Below are positions 30,367 through 40,678 of a stretch of DNA of 64,000 nt, piece after piece (the first letter of the stretch is position 1; each line of letters opens with the position of its first letter). This DNA is from Minisyncoccota bacterium (GTDB lineage: Bacteria > Patescibacteriota > Minisyncoccia > Phycocordibacterales > UBA2100). A program made the position numbers and the translations under genes. The notes under the pieces are model-generated. The model was not told where the DNA came from and ran no database searches. It saw nothing but the letters and a program-made list of their open reading frames with translations. The stretch covers positions 26,767 through 90,766 of the forward strand of contig JAYWCB010000011.1 of assembly GCA_043780835.1 (NCBI GenBank), written 5' to 3'.

Positions 30367-31806
30367 ATGCAATTCATTTTTCAATCTCGCGCACGTATTG
30401 GTATCGGCGGAATCGCCCTTATTGTGCTGCTTATCGCGCTCCACGCGTATGCGGCGGAAATTTCGAGTGTCAAAATTAGCGACGTAAAGCCCGACGCTGC
30501 GACCGTTTCCTGGACGACAGATAAAAACACCGATGCAACGATTAATTTCGGTTTGGACGAACGGTTCGGCACCGTTCGTGACAGCGCATTCGATAAAAAA
30601 GACCATACCCTCACCATTGATAGTCTCGAGCCGGCAACGACGTATCACTTCCGTGTGGTTTCCACAGATGCTGATGGCAACAAAAGTACCACCGCAGGCT
30701 TCGTGTTCACTACTAAAGATGATCAGAAGAAAATCAAGGAGCGGATCATCAAAGACATCAAAAAGATTACCGATCCGAAGGCTATTATTGAGATCAATGA
30801 TCAGGTCAAAGAGACAGCGGGTGATATTTTGAAACCACCGACGATTCTGGGACTGCCCCGTGTAAACGTAGACCAAACGAAGGCGGAAATTATCTGGACC
30901 ACCGATCGCGATTCGAGCTCGATGGTGTATCTGTCACCCGATAAAGACTACAACGGGGGATCGAGCGATTACACGATTGCGCAGGGCGATCCGAACGATG
31001 CTGTGTCCAAACACACGGTAGAGGTTATCGGACTCGATCCGTCAACCACGTACCACTTCAAAGTGGTCTCGAACGATTCAACGGGACTGACCGGAGAGTC
31101 TGGCGATGACACCTTTAAGACCAAATCCATCCTTCCTTCTGTACGAAATGTAAAAGTGTCTCGTATTCAGCAAACCACGGCCGTGATTTCTTGGGATACA
31201 AGTGGGGTACTCGCACGTGGCATCGTTGAATACACGAATACCCGCACCAAAGTTACGAAAGTTGCGGGAAGCTCTGTGTTTGCGGCACAGCAAAACGTGC
31301 AACTTGCAGATTTGGAGTTTGGCACGCGCTACAGTGCCCTTGTGCGCACGACCAACCAGGATGGCGACAACGCAGAGAGTACGCCGTTCCAGTTCATTAC
31401 GATACGCGACGTGATTGCTCCTGCGATCACCAAGGTGAAGAATGAATCGACACTCTTTCCGGGCGAAGACGTGAAGATCCAAACCATCATTGCGTGGGAG
31501 ACCGATGAGCCTGCCACGTGCCAGGTGTTCTACTCGCAAGGTCTTTCAACAGGCGGTTCCAATGCAGGTGCTGAGTCCACGCCGAAAGAGACAAATCCGC
31601 TCACATCGCACACGCAGGTGATCGTCGGGTTTACCCCGGCAACGGTGTATCAGTTTTGGGTCGTGTGCAACGACGAAGCGCTGAATGAGTCGCGCTCAGA
31701 AGATTTCGTATTAATCACACCGATCAAAGAGAAGAGTATTATCGACATCATTCTTCAAAACTTCCAAGGCACATTCGGGTGGGTCAACAACATCGGCAAG
31801 AAGTAG
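30367..31806 (+). CDS. Secreted protein with about four FN3/purple-acid-phosphatase-N-like domains
   Basis: Repeated A.VSWTTD...H...I..L.P.TTYHF.V.S.D..G motifs; signal peptide. Confidence 0.85.
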   Translation: MQFIFQSRARIGIGGIALIVLLIALHAYAAEISSVKISDVKPDAATVSWTTDKNTDATINFGLDERFGTVRDSAFDKKDHTLTIDSLEPATTYHFRVVSTDADGNKSTTAGFVFTTKDDQKKIKERIIKDIKKITDPKAIIEINDQVKETAGDILKPPTILGLPRVNVDQTKAEIIWTTDRDSSSMVYLSPDKDYNGGSSDYTIAQGDPNDAVSKHTVEVIGLDPSTTYHFKVVSNDSTGLTGESGDDTFKTKSILPSVRNVKVSRIQQTTAVISWDTSGVLARGIVEYTNTRTKVTKVAGSSVFAAQQNVQLADLEFGTRYSALVRTTNQDGDNAESTPFQFITIRDVIAPAITKVKNESTLFPGEDVKIQTIIAWETDEPATCQVFYSQGLSTGGSNAGAESTPKETNPLTSHTQVIVGFTPATVYQFWVVCNDEALNESRSEDFVLITPIKEKSIIDIILQNFQGTFGWVNNIGKK

Positions 31807-31810
31807 CGAT

Positions 31811-33157
31811 ATGGCAAAAACATCTATACGCACGGAAGGCATGCATATTACCTACAACAAAGGCCAGGTGAATGAATTCAAAGCGCTACAAGACGTCAAT
31901 ATAGAGATCTATCCGCGCGAATACATCATTCTCTTCGGTCCGTCCGGCTGCGGGAAGTCAACACTGTTGTACACAATGCTCGGCGGCGTACCTCCATCGG
32001 ATGGGAAAATGCTTGTGCAGAACGAAGACATTTATGCGTACACTCCGGCGGAGCTCAATCGCTATCAACAAACCACCATCGGCATCGTGTACCAGCAATT
32101 CAATCTTATTGCTTCGTTGAATGTGCTCGATAATGTGGCGCTTCCCATGCTCTTTCTGGGAATCGAGCAGAAAGAACGATGGGCGCGGGCCGCGACACTC
32201 CTGCGCCGCTTTGGCGTGCCTGAGCGTGTGGAAAATAAGTTGCCCGCCCTCATGTCCGGCGGACAGCAGCAACGCGTGGCCGTTGCGCGTGCACTCATCA
32301 ACGACCCGGAAATTCTGCTCGCAGACGAGCCAGTGGGCAACCTCGACTCTATTTCTGCAGAACACGTGATGGACTCCTTTAAGGAAATTAATGAGAAAGA
32401 CCGTAAAACAGTGATACTCGTTACGCACGACGCGAAATATCTTCCGTATGCGCATCGTGTGTTCTATATGCGCGACGGACGATTGCGTCGAATCGTCGCG
32501 AATCCGGGAAAGCAGCAGATTATGCATGTGAAGCCGGGCGAAAACATCGTGACCGAAATCGAACAGCTCGCACGCATGTATCCGTATGCGGAGCCGGTGG
32601 AGCTCAAAGTGAAGAGCGTGGTGAACTTTGTGACGCAATCCATCGGCTTCTCACAGCTTGAGCGTCTTGAGCAAGGAATTCTGTATGTATTGAAGGGAAC
32701 CATGAACGAGCAGATGTTTTCCGAGTTTCTCACGAAGCCGTTCCATCTGGGCGGGGTTGGCATTCACCCCGAAGAAGTTCCTGAAATGTCGCGGCGAGTA
32801 TTTAGTTTGATTCGATACTCAATTGATGTGCAGCGATTCCGACAAGAGGTAAAAAGCGATAACGCGTTTATGCACCAACAGAAATTTGTGGAACGGCTGC
32901 TCACATACTTGAACGAAGAAGTCGGATTTCACATCTCACAAGCCGAATTTCAAATTCTGCGCGAAGCGGTGGCGGATCGCGTGGGGGGAATTACAGATGC
33001 GGATCAGTTTGCGGAGCGATTGATTCTCGCCAAAAATCTTAACGGTGCAGAACTTGAAGAGCGGATCGCGTATCTCATTAGCGTGCATATGGAAAAGCTG
33101 ATTGCGCAGGGCGGCTACATTATTCTTCCAAACGAACTCGAAGGAGGTCACACGTGA
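31811..33157 (+). CDS. MacB/LolD-family ABC ATPase with ~200-aa C-terminal extension
   Basis: GPSGCGKST, MSGGQQQRVAVARAL, ILLADEPVGNLD, VTHD. Confidence 0.93.
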   Translation: MAKTSIRTEGMHITYNKGQVNEFKALQDVNIEIYPREYIILFGPSGCGKSTLLYTMLGGVPPSDGKMLVQNEDIYAYTPAELNRYQQTTIGIVYQQFNLIASLNVLDNVALPMLFLGIEQKERWARAATLLRRFGVPERVENKLPALMSGGQQQRVAVARALINDPEILLADEPVGNLDSISAEHVMDSFKEINEKDRKTVILVTHDAKYLPYAHRVFYMRDGRLRRIVANPGKQQIMHVKPGENIVTEIEQLARMYPYAEPVELKVKSVVNFVTQSIGFSQLERLEQGILYVLKGTMNEQMFSEFLTKPFHLGGVGIHPEEVPEMSRRVFSLIRYSIDVQRFRQEVKSDNAFMHQQKFVERLLTYLNEEVGFHISQAEFQILREAVADRVGGITDADQFAERLILAKNLNGAELEERIAYLISVHMEKLIAQGGYIILPNELEGGHT

Positions 33158-33294
33158 TATGCCTGTCACACGAAACGGCATGAATATCAGAGATATTGCC
33201 CTGTATACTTTCCTTATCTCGTATGAATTTAGACTCGATAACTACTTCGAAACGCGCTTCATAGCGCAATGTCGTTTCGTGTGAACAGGTATGC
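33158..33294. mobile_element. Palindromic MITE-like insertion flanked by TATGC direct repeats at the permease start codon
   Basis: TATGC at 33158 and 33290; imperfect IR CCTGTCACACGAAACGGCAT ... ATGTCGTTTCGTGTGAACAGG. Confidence 0.65.
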
Positions 33295-34499
33295 AGATAC
33301 GCGACGTTGCAATGCTTTCCACTCGTATGTTCAAGACGAACCCGTCGCGTACGTGGCTCACAATTTTGGGCATGGGCGTGGGTACCGGCGCCGTGGTTGC
33401 GCTTGTCGGCCTCGGGTTCGGATTACAAAGCATTATTCTCGACAAAATCGTGCTCGGTGATTCACTTCTCTCACTCAACGTGACAAATCCCGCATCGAAA
33501 ATCGTGGTGCTTGATCCGGCAACCATAGAATTATTTTCGGCGATGGACGCGGTGAAAGACGTGTCAGGCGTTGTCACGTTTCCAACACTTGTCACCTATG
33601 AGGGTCTTACCGGCAACGCCAACATCCAAGGCCTTGCACCGTCGTACCTCCTCTACACCGGTGCACAAGCAGTCGCCGGTGATTTGTTTACCAATGACAG
33701 TGCCGTCGAAGATCGCAATGCCGTCGTTATCTCGAGCGCGATGCTCAAGCTCTTCGGTGTCGAAAAGCCGGAGGATGTCATTGGCAAGACGATCACGTTC
33801 CGGGTGTTCGTGCCCAATGAAGGGAGCGATCAATCAACTGAAGTCCAGCTCTCAAAGCAATACAAGATCAAAGGTGTCACGAGTGATTCGGGGAATCTTT
33901 CGGCAGCGATCACACTCGAGGAATTTCAGTCGAACTTCAAAATCCCGTATTTCGATCGGGTGCAGGTGCGCGTGATCGATAGTAAATCCTTGACGGAGGT
34001 GCAGGACGCGATCATTGCGAAAGGATTTACGGTGACTGCGCTCTCAAAAACCGTCGCCCAGGCTAACAAGATTTTCCAAGGCATTCAGGCGGTACTGGCT
34101 ATATTCGGCGGTATCGCGCTCACGGTCTCTGCAATCGGCATGTTCAATACCATGACGGTTACGCTGCTGGAGCGTACGGCCGAAATCGGAGTTATGCGTA
34201 CGATCGGTGCGTCATCTGCGGATATCGTCATCCTTTTCGTTGCGGAAGCGATCATCGTGGGGCTGCTCGGTGGGGTGGTGGGGATTCTCATTGGAGGCGG
34301 CATCGGTGTGTTTTTCAATGGGCTGCTCTCGGTTGCGGCGAGTAAATTTGGCGGAGAATCGGTGAGTCTTTTTAAATATCCGATTTGGTTCTTAATATTC
34401 ATTTGTTCGTTCTCTGGCGGCGTCGGCTTTTTAACGGGACTCTTTCCGGCGCGACGCGCAGCAAAGATTAACCCTCTCGACGCGATTCGCTATAAATAG
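33291..34499 (+). CDS. MacB/FtsX-family ABC permease
   Basis: RTWLTILG..VG..AVV, IGMFNTM...LLERT.EIGVMR.IGA, FPARRAAK.NP.DAIRY. Confidence 0.94.
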   Translation: MQIRDVAMLSTRMFKTNPSRTWLTILGMGVGTGAVVALVGLGFGLQSIILDKIVLGDSLLSLNVTNPASKIVVLDPATIELFSAMDAVKDVSGVVTFPTLVTYEGLTGNANIQGLAPSYLLYTGAQAVAGDLFTNDSAVEDRNAVVISSAMLKLFGVEKPEDVIGKTITFRVFVPNEGSDQSTEVQLSKQYKIKGVTSDSGNLSAAITLEEFQSNFKIPYFDRVQVRVIDSKSLTEVQDAIIAKGFTVTALSKTVAQANKIFQGIQAVLAIFGGIALTVSAIGMFNTMTVTLLERTAEIGVMRTIGASSADIVILFVAEAIIVGLLGGVVGILIGGGIGVFFNGLLSVAASKFGGESVSLFKYPIWFLIFICSFSGGVGFLTGLFPARRAAKINPLDAIRYK

Positions 34500-34541
34500 C
34501 GGTGCTTCATAAACGCCTCATTCAAGCCACAAAAACACCAG

Positions 34542-34550
34542 TTATCCACA
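34542..34550 (+). promoter_or_regulatory. Perfect DnaA box upstream of the 635-aa subunit gene
   Basis: TTATCCACA in the intergenic region. Confidence 0.5.
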
Positions 34551-34598
34551 CGGGGCTAACGTATTGAAAGGCGACAGTGGTACGATTTCTTCTAAGGT

Positions 34599-36506
34599 AT
34601 GTCCGAGCAATTTCACCGGAAACTCAGCATGTTCTTGAAAGGGGCGCGAAGCATGGAAGGTAAAATCACGATTTTCACATCGGTGATCGGCTGTTTGGTG
34701 CTTGTGGGCTTCGTTACCATCTTTAATGTGAACGTGCCGCTCGCGACCGCGAGCAACGTTGTGACGTCTGTCACTGTTTTGAACACACCGCCTACATGGA
34801 CGGTCGACGCTCAAGAATCTGCGCAATCGTCAACCTCTACACCGACAAATGCGGGACAGAGTATTACGTTTGTCGCCACCGGCACTGACTCAAGTAACGA
34901 CAACTACTATCTATTGATTTGCAAGAACAGCACCTCACCGACAGCGAATAACGGTACCGCTCCATCGTGCAACGGTGGTGTGACCAACCAGTGGGCGGTC
35001 TCAACTTCTACTACAAGCGGTCTGCAGGCGAGTGCTGCGACGACCACAACGGAGCTTTTTGCAGAGAAAAACGACTGGTGGGCCTGGATTTGCGATAACA
35101 ACGCAACGCTTTCGCGCTGCAATCTTGTTTCAAAAACAGGAAGCGGTTTGACGGCGTCTCCATTCGTAGTCAACCATCCGCCGGTTTTTATATCGGTCGC
35201 CAATAACAGTCCGCAAAATCCCGGCAGCAACGTTACCTGGACGACGGTCGCGTCTGACAGTGACACCATACGAGGCAGTGACACAGTGATTGTTGTTTTA
35301 TGTAAAACGTCGGGATCATTTAATGGTACTACGTGTACCACAGGAGGCGAATATGCTACGTCCACTTTTGCAGCATCCAACCCCTCAACATCTTCTCCAA
35401 TTGTCATACCGACGCAGGATCGTCTCTATAACGCGTTCGCGTACGTAGCGGATAACCTCGGACTCGCTGCCACCTCTACTGCGCAGGGAACGAATTCGTT
35501 CTATCAAGTATCAAATGTAGCCCCGACGATCGTAGCGTCGTCGATCGCTTTTATAGATTACAACGCAACGACGAGCACCGGTAGCCTGACGCTCACGGTA
35601 GCTTCTGCGACGTCGGGTCCGTTTAAGGTTGTATTCACTGCTGTGGATAACAATGGCTGTCAGAATGCATCGTCCACAAATGAAATTGTTTCGAATATAA
35701 TCAATGTCTATCGCTCTGGCATTTCGTCCACCTCGTGCCAGACTTCGGGTCAATATAATTCCAATAATTGCTATTCCGCGGCATCGGGTAATTTCTCGCC
35801 ATTTTTCAATTGTACGCAAGATGGCGGGAGTTGTAGCGGAGCAACAGACTCGGATGCAACGTTTACCTGCACATTCTCCCTGTGGTTTAACGCCGATCCG
35901 ACAGACGCGGCGACACAATTCACTGCCGAATCATGGCTTGCAACGGTCCGAGCGACTGACGACAACGCGACTACGAGTGCACTCACTGAAAAGACGGTCG
36001 GCACCACAGATGTCATCAGTTTCCTTGCGTTTAATGTTTCTACTTCCACGGTCGCGTATGGAGCATTGCAGCCTGGTGATACAACTACGCCACTCGTTGC
36101 AAATACAGACATGCAGGCTATTGGTAACATCGGACTTGATGAAGATCTTTATGGATCGACGATGTGCACAACATGGGTAGCAGGTGGTGGTGGTACTGCA
36201 CCGGACAACTGCGACATAGGAGGCGCGAACGCTGCTACGAAGATTCCAGTGACGCAACAGGTGGTTGCTACGGGTACCATCACCTACACGTTGGCATCAG
36301 CATCAACCACGCTTACGGGAGCACTGCCTGCATCTACGTCACCACGAGCCATACTCCTCAACGTGCCTAAGACTACATCAACGAGTACCATCCAAACTCG
36401 AAATACGTTCTGGGGTATTGCTATTCCGTCCACGATCACGCAATCAGGCAGCTATCAGGGACAAAACACCATTACCGCAAAAAAGAGTTCTTCTGCAAAC
36501 TGGTAA
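34599..36506 (+). CDS. Secreted S/T- and Cys-rich protein, C-terminus paralogous to the giant protein's C-terminus (candidate fibre subunit A)
   Basis: Shared YRSG..C..N.NNCY, ADPTD, AE.WLA, GAL..G, N.PK.T, FWGI..P, QG.NT motifs. Confidence 0.8.
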   Translation: MSEQFHRKLSMFLKGARSMEGKITIFTSVIGCLVLVGFVTIFNVNVPLATASNVVTSVTVLNTPPTWTVDAQESAQSSTSTPTNAGQSITFVATGTDSSNDNYYLLICKNSTSPTANNGTAPSCNGGVTNQWAVSTSTTSGLQASAATTTTELFAEKNDWWAWICDNNATLSRCNLVSKTGSGLTASPFVVNHPPVFISVANNSPQNPGSNVTWTTVASDSDTIRGSDTVIVVLCKTSGSFNGTTCTTGGEYATSTFAASNPSTSSPIVIPTQDRLYNAFAYVADNLGLAATSTAQGTNSFYQVSNVAPTIVASSIAFIDYNATTSTGSLTLTVASATSGPFKVVFTAVDNNGCQNASSTNEIVSNIINVYRSGISSTSCQTSGQYNSNNCYSAASGNFSPFFNCTQDGGSCSGATDSDATFTCTFSLWFNADPTDAATQFTAESWLATVRATDDNATTSALTEKTVGTTDVISFLAFNVSTSTVAYGALQPGDTTTPLVANTDMQAIGNIGLDEDLYGSTMCTTWVAGGGGTAPDNCDIGGANAATKIPVTQQVVATGTITYTLASASTTLTGALPASTSPRAILLNVPKTTSTSTIQTRNTFWGIAIPSTITQSGSYQGQNTITAKKSSSANW

Positions 36507-36583
36507 TTTGTCCTCTCGTATAGCCACATAATAACCACTCTCCGCTGGACATTCGAGGAGGGGACCGTGATACTATTGAGACC

Positions 36584-37579
36584 ATGATGTCACTGCCGTG
36601 GCGGCTCTTAGGAATGCGCACATTTGCAGTGCTCCTCCTTGTTCTGGTGTTTTTCGGCGGATTCCGGTTTGCCTCTGCCGGTTTTGGAATCACGCCTCCA
36701 TACGTGCGAAACGAACGTCTCACTCGCGGAACCGTATATGAGCAGCGCATCACACTTGTTCGTTCCGATCCGATTGACGATCAAAAGGCGGAAATTAGCA
36801 TGAATATACCGGGAGTAGAATCCTGGTTTAGTGTCGACAAAGGTACGTCATTTATCCTACCCGCGGGACAAACGCAGGTATCGATAGTGATATCTGTGCA
36901 TGTGCCGGCGGATGCAGAGTACACGCGCCACCAAGGTACTATTCGCATTCGAACATCGTCTGCCACAAATCAACCGGAAGGAGGGGGCGTATCTATCGCA
37001 CTCGGAGCGCAGATCGATGTGGATGTACTTGTCGTCGACAAAATTTATGACTTCGAGGTGCGTCGCATTCGTACATCGGATCTGGAAGAACCGCGTCATA
37101 AGTGGGGATTGTTGTTTCCTGCAAAAATTCGATTCTTTATGACGATCTCAAATACAGGGAACGCGGTCTATGGCCCGACCAAGGTAAAGCTCGATATTTA
37201 CGACAGTGAAGTTGAACGGTTGCAAGAGACGACGTATAACACAAACAAGATTGAACAAATTGCGCCGTTCGCGACCAAAGAGATTCTCGCGGAACTACCA
37301 ACGAGGCTTTCCGCGGGGCGCTATACGGCGAAATACACTATTTATAAAGGCGAGGACATCGCGCAGCAGGAGCAAATCAATCTCAGTGTGGCGGCAATTG
37401 GTGCAGTGCAAGGCTACAGCGGATACGGATTCGAGGGGCTTTCAACACCGGATAAATTAAAGGTGGCAGGGGTGCTCGCCATACCCGTCGTGGTTCTGCT
37501 CACACTGTTTACAATATTTGGCGTTCGTCGTCGTCGGAATCGGGCACGCAGATCTCAAGTGCCGCCGCGCATGCGGTAA
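36584..37579 (+). CDS. DUF916/WxL-interacting-like membrane-anchored two-domain beta protein
   Basis: GITPP, SW.S......LP......I...VP.DA....H.G.I, I.NTGN..Y.P; C-terminal TM followed by RRRR. Confidence 0.7.
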   Translation: MMSLPWRLLGMRTFAVLLLVLVFFGGFRFASAGFGITPPYVRNERLTRGTVYEQRITLVRSDPIDDQKAEISMNIPGVESWFSVDKGTSFILPAGQTQVSIVISVHVPADAEYTRHQGTIRIRTSSATNQPEGGGVSIALGAQIDVDVLVVDKIYDFEVRRIRTSDLEEPRHKWGLLFPAKIRFFMTISNTGNAVYGPTKVKLDIYDSEVERLQETTYNTNKIEQIAPFATKEILAELPTRLSAGRYTAKYTIYKGEDIAQQEQINLSVAAIGAVQGYSGYGFEGLSTPDKLKVAGVLAIPVVVLLTLFTIFGVRRRRNRARRSQVPPRMR

Positions 37580-37587
37580 TCGCGCAT

Positions 37588-38727
37588 ATGCGTATGGCAC
37601 GTAAACCGCTCGTTGTTTCGGGAATTATTGTTGCATCGGCAATACTGTTCGGAGGCATGATACACATTGTTACTGCAGCGGATGTCCGCACATCGGTGAC
37701 CATGATTGTGTGTGGTGATGCGGTCGTGAGCCCATCCGGCGAGGCCTGTGACGACGGGACCAATCTGGGTGGATACGGTTCGACGACCGCGCAGCGTCGG
37801 TGCAATCCCGGGTGCCAATCTTTTGCGGAATACTGCGGCGACGGTGTGTTACAGGTGCGATTCAGTGAGCAATGCGACGACGGCAACACGATTGCAACTG
37901 ACCTCTGTTCGCTCACCTGTCGCACGCTTGCTCCTGCGGGTTCGACGCAGGTTTCCGGGTCGCCGACCGTCGGTTCGACGCCGTTTATTCCCGGAGCTTC
38001 TCCGGGCAACATTTCGTCTGAAACTAAAACGCGTGTGGTTTTGCGCGGAAAAGCATACCCCAATAGCACGGTGAGTATTTTGCTCGATGGCAAAGTAAAG
38101 GGTACAACCCTGGCCGATTCAAACGCTGATTTTCAATTCTCTTCGACCGATATTACCCCGGGTACCGCAACGTTCGGCTTTTCAGCCAAGGACGCAAAAG
38201 GTGTTGAATCGATCACGACGTCCGTGGTGTTTGATGTGGCTCAGAGCGCGGTATCGACGGTGGCAAACGTGTTCTTCCCGCCCACGATCTCAGTGAGTGA
38301 GCGACAAGTACCAAAAGGTGACCCATTGACCGTTTCAGGATATTCCGTGCCCAAAGCGTCGGTTTCAACCGAAATCGGGGGAGGTACGAAATCGGTACTG
38401 AGCGCGAATGCCGATGCGACGGGTGCGTGGGCGCTGCAAGTTGATACGAAGTCTCTCACTGACGGAATGCATACGGTGAAAGCGTTTTTCAAGCAGGATG
38501 GCGGCATACAGTCAGGGTTCGGTAAATCAATATCGTTTAGCGTCGGAGCCGGTGCGTTTGCTGATACGGGTTCGGCCGATCTCAACGGCGACCACAAAGT
38601 GAATCTGGTAGACTTTTCAATCTTCTTGCTCAAGTGGAACACGGATGATATTCAGGCCGATTTTAATGGCGACGGAACGGTAAACTTGGGAGACTTCTCA
38701 ATTATGTTGTTCAATTGGACCGGCTAG
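37588..38727 (+). CDS. Secreted protein: Cys-rich DUF4215-like repeats, Ig domains, C-terminal dockerin-like domain
   Basis: CGD......E.CDDG twice; DLNGDHKVNLVDFS ... DFNGDGTVNLGDFS duplicated Ca-binding loops. Confidence 0.85.
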   Translation: MRMARKPLVVSGIIVASAILFGGMIHIVTAADVRTSVTMIVCGDAVVSPSGEACDDGTNLGGYGSTTAQRRCNPGCQSFAEYCGDGVLQVRFSEQCDDGNTIATDLCSLTCRTLAPAGSTQVSGSPTVGSTPFIPGASPGNISSETKTRVVLRGKAYPNSTVSILLDGKVKGTTLADSNADFQFSSTDITPGTATFGFSAKDAKGVESITTSVVFDVAQSAVSTVANVFFPPTISVSERQVPKGDPLTVSGYSVPKASVSTEIGGGTKSVLSANADATGAWALQVDTKSLTDGMHTVKAFFKQDGGIQSGFGKSISFSVGAGAFADTGSADLNGDHKVNLVDFSIFLLKWNTDDIQADFNGDGTVNLGDFSIMLFNWTG

Positions 38728-38765
38728 ATCGATATATGCATACAAAAAACCGCTATACTACTCTT

Positions 38766-39695
38766 ATGTCACGTGCAATTACGATGTTTGTTGCGGTGGT
38801 AAGCATTTTTGCGCCGCTCACGGCCTCCGCTGCAATTTTGTATGTAAATCCCACGCAAGGTACGTACGGCGTGTCTGACACCTTTATTGCAGATGTTCGC
38901 CTCGATAATCAAAACGAATGCGTCAATGCTGCGCACGTAGAAATTCGCTATCCGACTGATGTGTTACGGGCGGTTGATTTCAGTAAGGGGAATTCGATCC
39001 TCAGTTTGTGGATTGAAGAGCCAAAAATCGATACCGAGAAGGGAATTATTACATTCTCCGGCGGAATTCCAGGAGGGTACTGCGGGCGTATTCCGGGGGA
39101 TCCCGTTCTTTCAAACGTATTGGGCAAAATCGTGTTCAGTGTCATTGCGACCGATAAAAGAAGTGCCACGGTTTCTATTGCTGACACCTCCGTGATGTAT
39201 CTCAACGACGGACAAGCAACGCCGGCAAAATTAGCGCTCCAGAGCGCGACGTATTTGATTTCGCAGACACCGCTTTCAGCAGCGAATCCATGGCTCTCCC
39301 AGGTCGGCGAAGACAAAACACCGCCCGATGCGTTCGTCATTTCGGTTGAATCAACACGCGGCGTTTTTGGCGGGAATTTTTATGCGGTTTTTGCCACCCA
39401 AGATAAGCAAAGCGGCGTTGATCACTACGAAATATTCGAACGAGGTACATGGCTACCCGTTACGAGTCCGCATGAACTCAAAGATCAAAAACTGATTGCG
39501 GAGGTGCAGATCAAAGCAATCGATAAAGCGGGCAATGAGCGCCTTGGCACGTACGTCACAGGTTCCGCGCCGCCTCGTGTTCCAAAAGAAGTGAACTACC
39601 CGATTTTGGTCGCAGTACTCATCGTGCTGCTCGCCCTCGGATTGTATATGTGGCATCGTGATCATACGCCCAGAATCATTCCGCCGAGTGCATGA
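38766..39695 (+). CDS. Membrane-anchored cohesin-like protein
   Basis: VNAA.V.I.YP.D.L..VD.S.GNSILSLWIEEP.....G.ITFSGGIP; DKTPP..F Ig domain; C-terminal TM. Confidence 0.8.
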   Translation: MSRAITMFVAVVSIFAPLTASAAILYVNPTQGTYGVSDTFIADVRLDNQNECVNAAHVEIRYPTDVLRAVDFSKGNSILSLWIEEPKIDTEKGIITFSGGIPGGYCGRIPGDPVLSNVLGKIVFSVIATDKRSATVSIADTSVMYLNDGQATPAKLALQSATYLISQTPLSAANPWLSQVGEDKTPPDAFVISVESTRGVFGGNFYAVFATQDKQSGVDHYEIFERGTWLPVTSPHELKDQKLIAEVQIKAIDKAGNERLGTYVTGSAPPRVPKEVNYPILVAVLIVLLALGLYMWHRDHTPRIIPPSA

Positions 39696-40678
39696 TGAAA
39701 CAATTTCTCTTTGTTGCGCTGGTACTCATCCTTACTCCGTCGATTTCGTACGCTGCTGATGGATCACTGTACCTCTGGCCGGCACGCGACATCCATGCAA
39801 TCGGAGACATCTTCGAAGTAGCGGTGCGTGCAAATACAGACGGTGTCTCCGCCAACGCCGCGGAAGCCGACATCGCGTTTAACACCAACGCGCTCGCTGT
39901 CGAGAGTATTTCGACTACCGGTTCGGTGTTATCGTTCTGGCCGACGGCAGCCACATTTTCTAACGACAAAGGCACAATCCGATTTTCCGGAACCGCAGCG
40001 GGAAGTTTTAATTCCGATGCTGCGACACTCGTCTCGATAAAATTCCGCGCTAAAAGTAATGTTCCTGGGGATGTGCATATCGATTCAGGTGCACTGCTTT
40101 TAAATGATGCGCGCGCGACAAACATAATTGCGAGTATGCATTCCGGCCTGTACACCGTGACCGCGCGAGCGCTTCCTCCTGCAGCAGAATCGATACCGCT
40201 TGCGGCTACGACCACTGAGGCGACTGCGCCTGTGCCCGAAGTAAAAGGCGTCGCAATTCAAGTGCCAACAATAAAAGCGTACGACGATCACATCTTGAGT
40301 GGTGAGCGTATTGCGCTGCAAGGTACGGCTGCCCCCAGTTCGAAGCTTTCGGTTTTTCTGCAGTACGGGGACGATGCGCCGCGGGAAAGTGCAGTGCTTT
40401 CCACGAGCGATGGCACATTTATATATGTTTCCGCCGAACCCGCCCATCGCGGTGTCTATCACGCGTGGGCTGTGGTTCAGACGGCTCGCAATCAACTTTC
40501 GTCAGATAAAATTGTGATCAGTGCACAGTCGCGCGGGCTTTCCGCTGCGGGCGAATCGATTGGGCCGATCCTCACGCGTGCGTTACCGTACGTGGTGCTT
40601 CTTATAGGAGCGGTTCTATTGCTCGGCTATTTTTATAATCGTAAATCGCGCGCTGGCGTTACTGGCGCATCCGTGTAA
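39692..40678 (+). CDS. Membrane-anchored cohesin-like protein with Ig domain
   Basis: GDIFEV.V......NAAEA.I.F....L.VESIS..GSVLSFW......G.IRFSG; C-terminal TM. Confidence 0.78.
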   Translation: MMKQFLFVALVLILTPSISYAADGSLYLWPARDIHAIGDIFEVAVRANTDGVSANAAEADIAFNTNALAVESISTTGSVLSFWPTAATFSNDKGTIRFSGTAAGSFNSDAATLVSIKFRAKSNVPGDVHIDSGALLLNDARATNIIASMHSGLYTVTARALPPAAESIPLAATTTEATAPVPEVKGVAIQVPTIKAYDDHILSGERIALQGTAAPSSKLSVFLQYGDDAPRESAVLSTSDGTFIYVSAEPAHRGVYHAWAVVQTARNQLSSDKIVISAQSRGLSAAGESIGPILTRALPYVVLLIGAVLLLGYFYNRKSRAGVTGASV

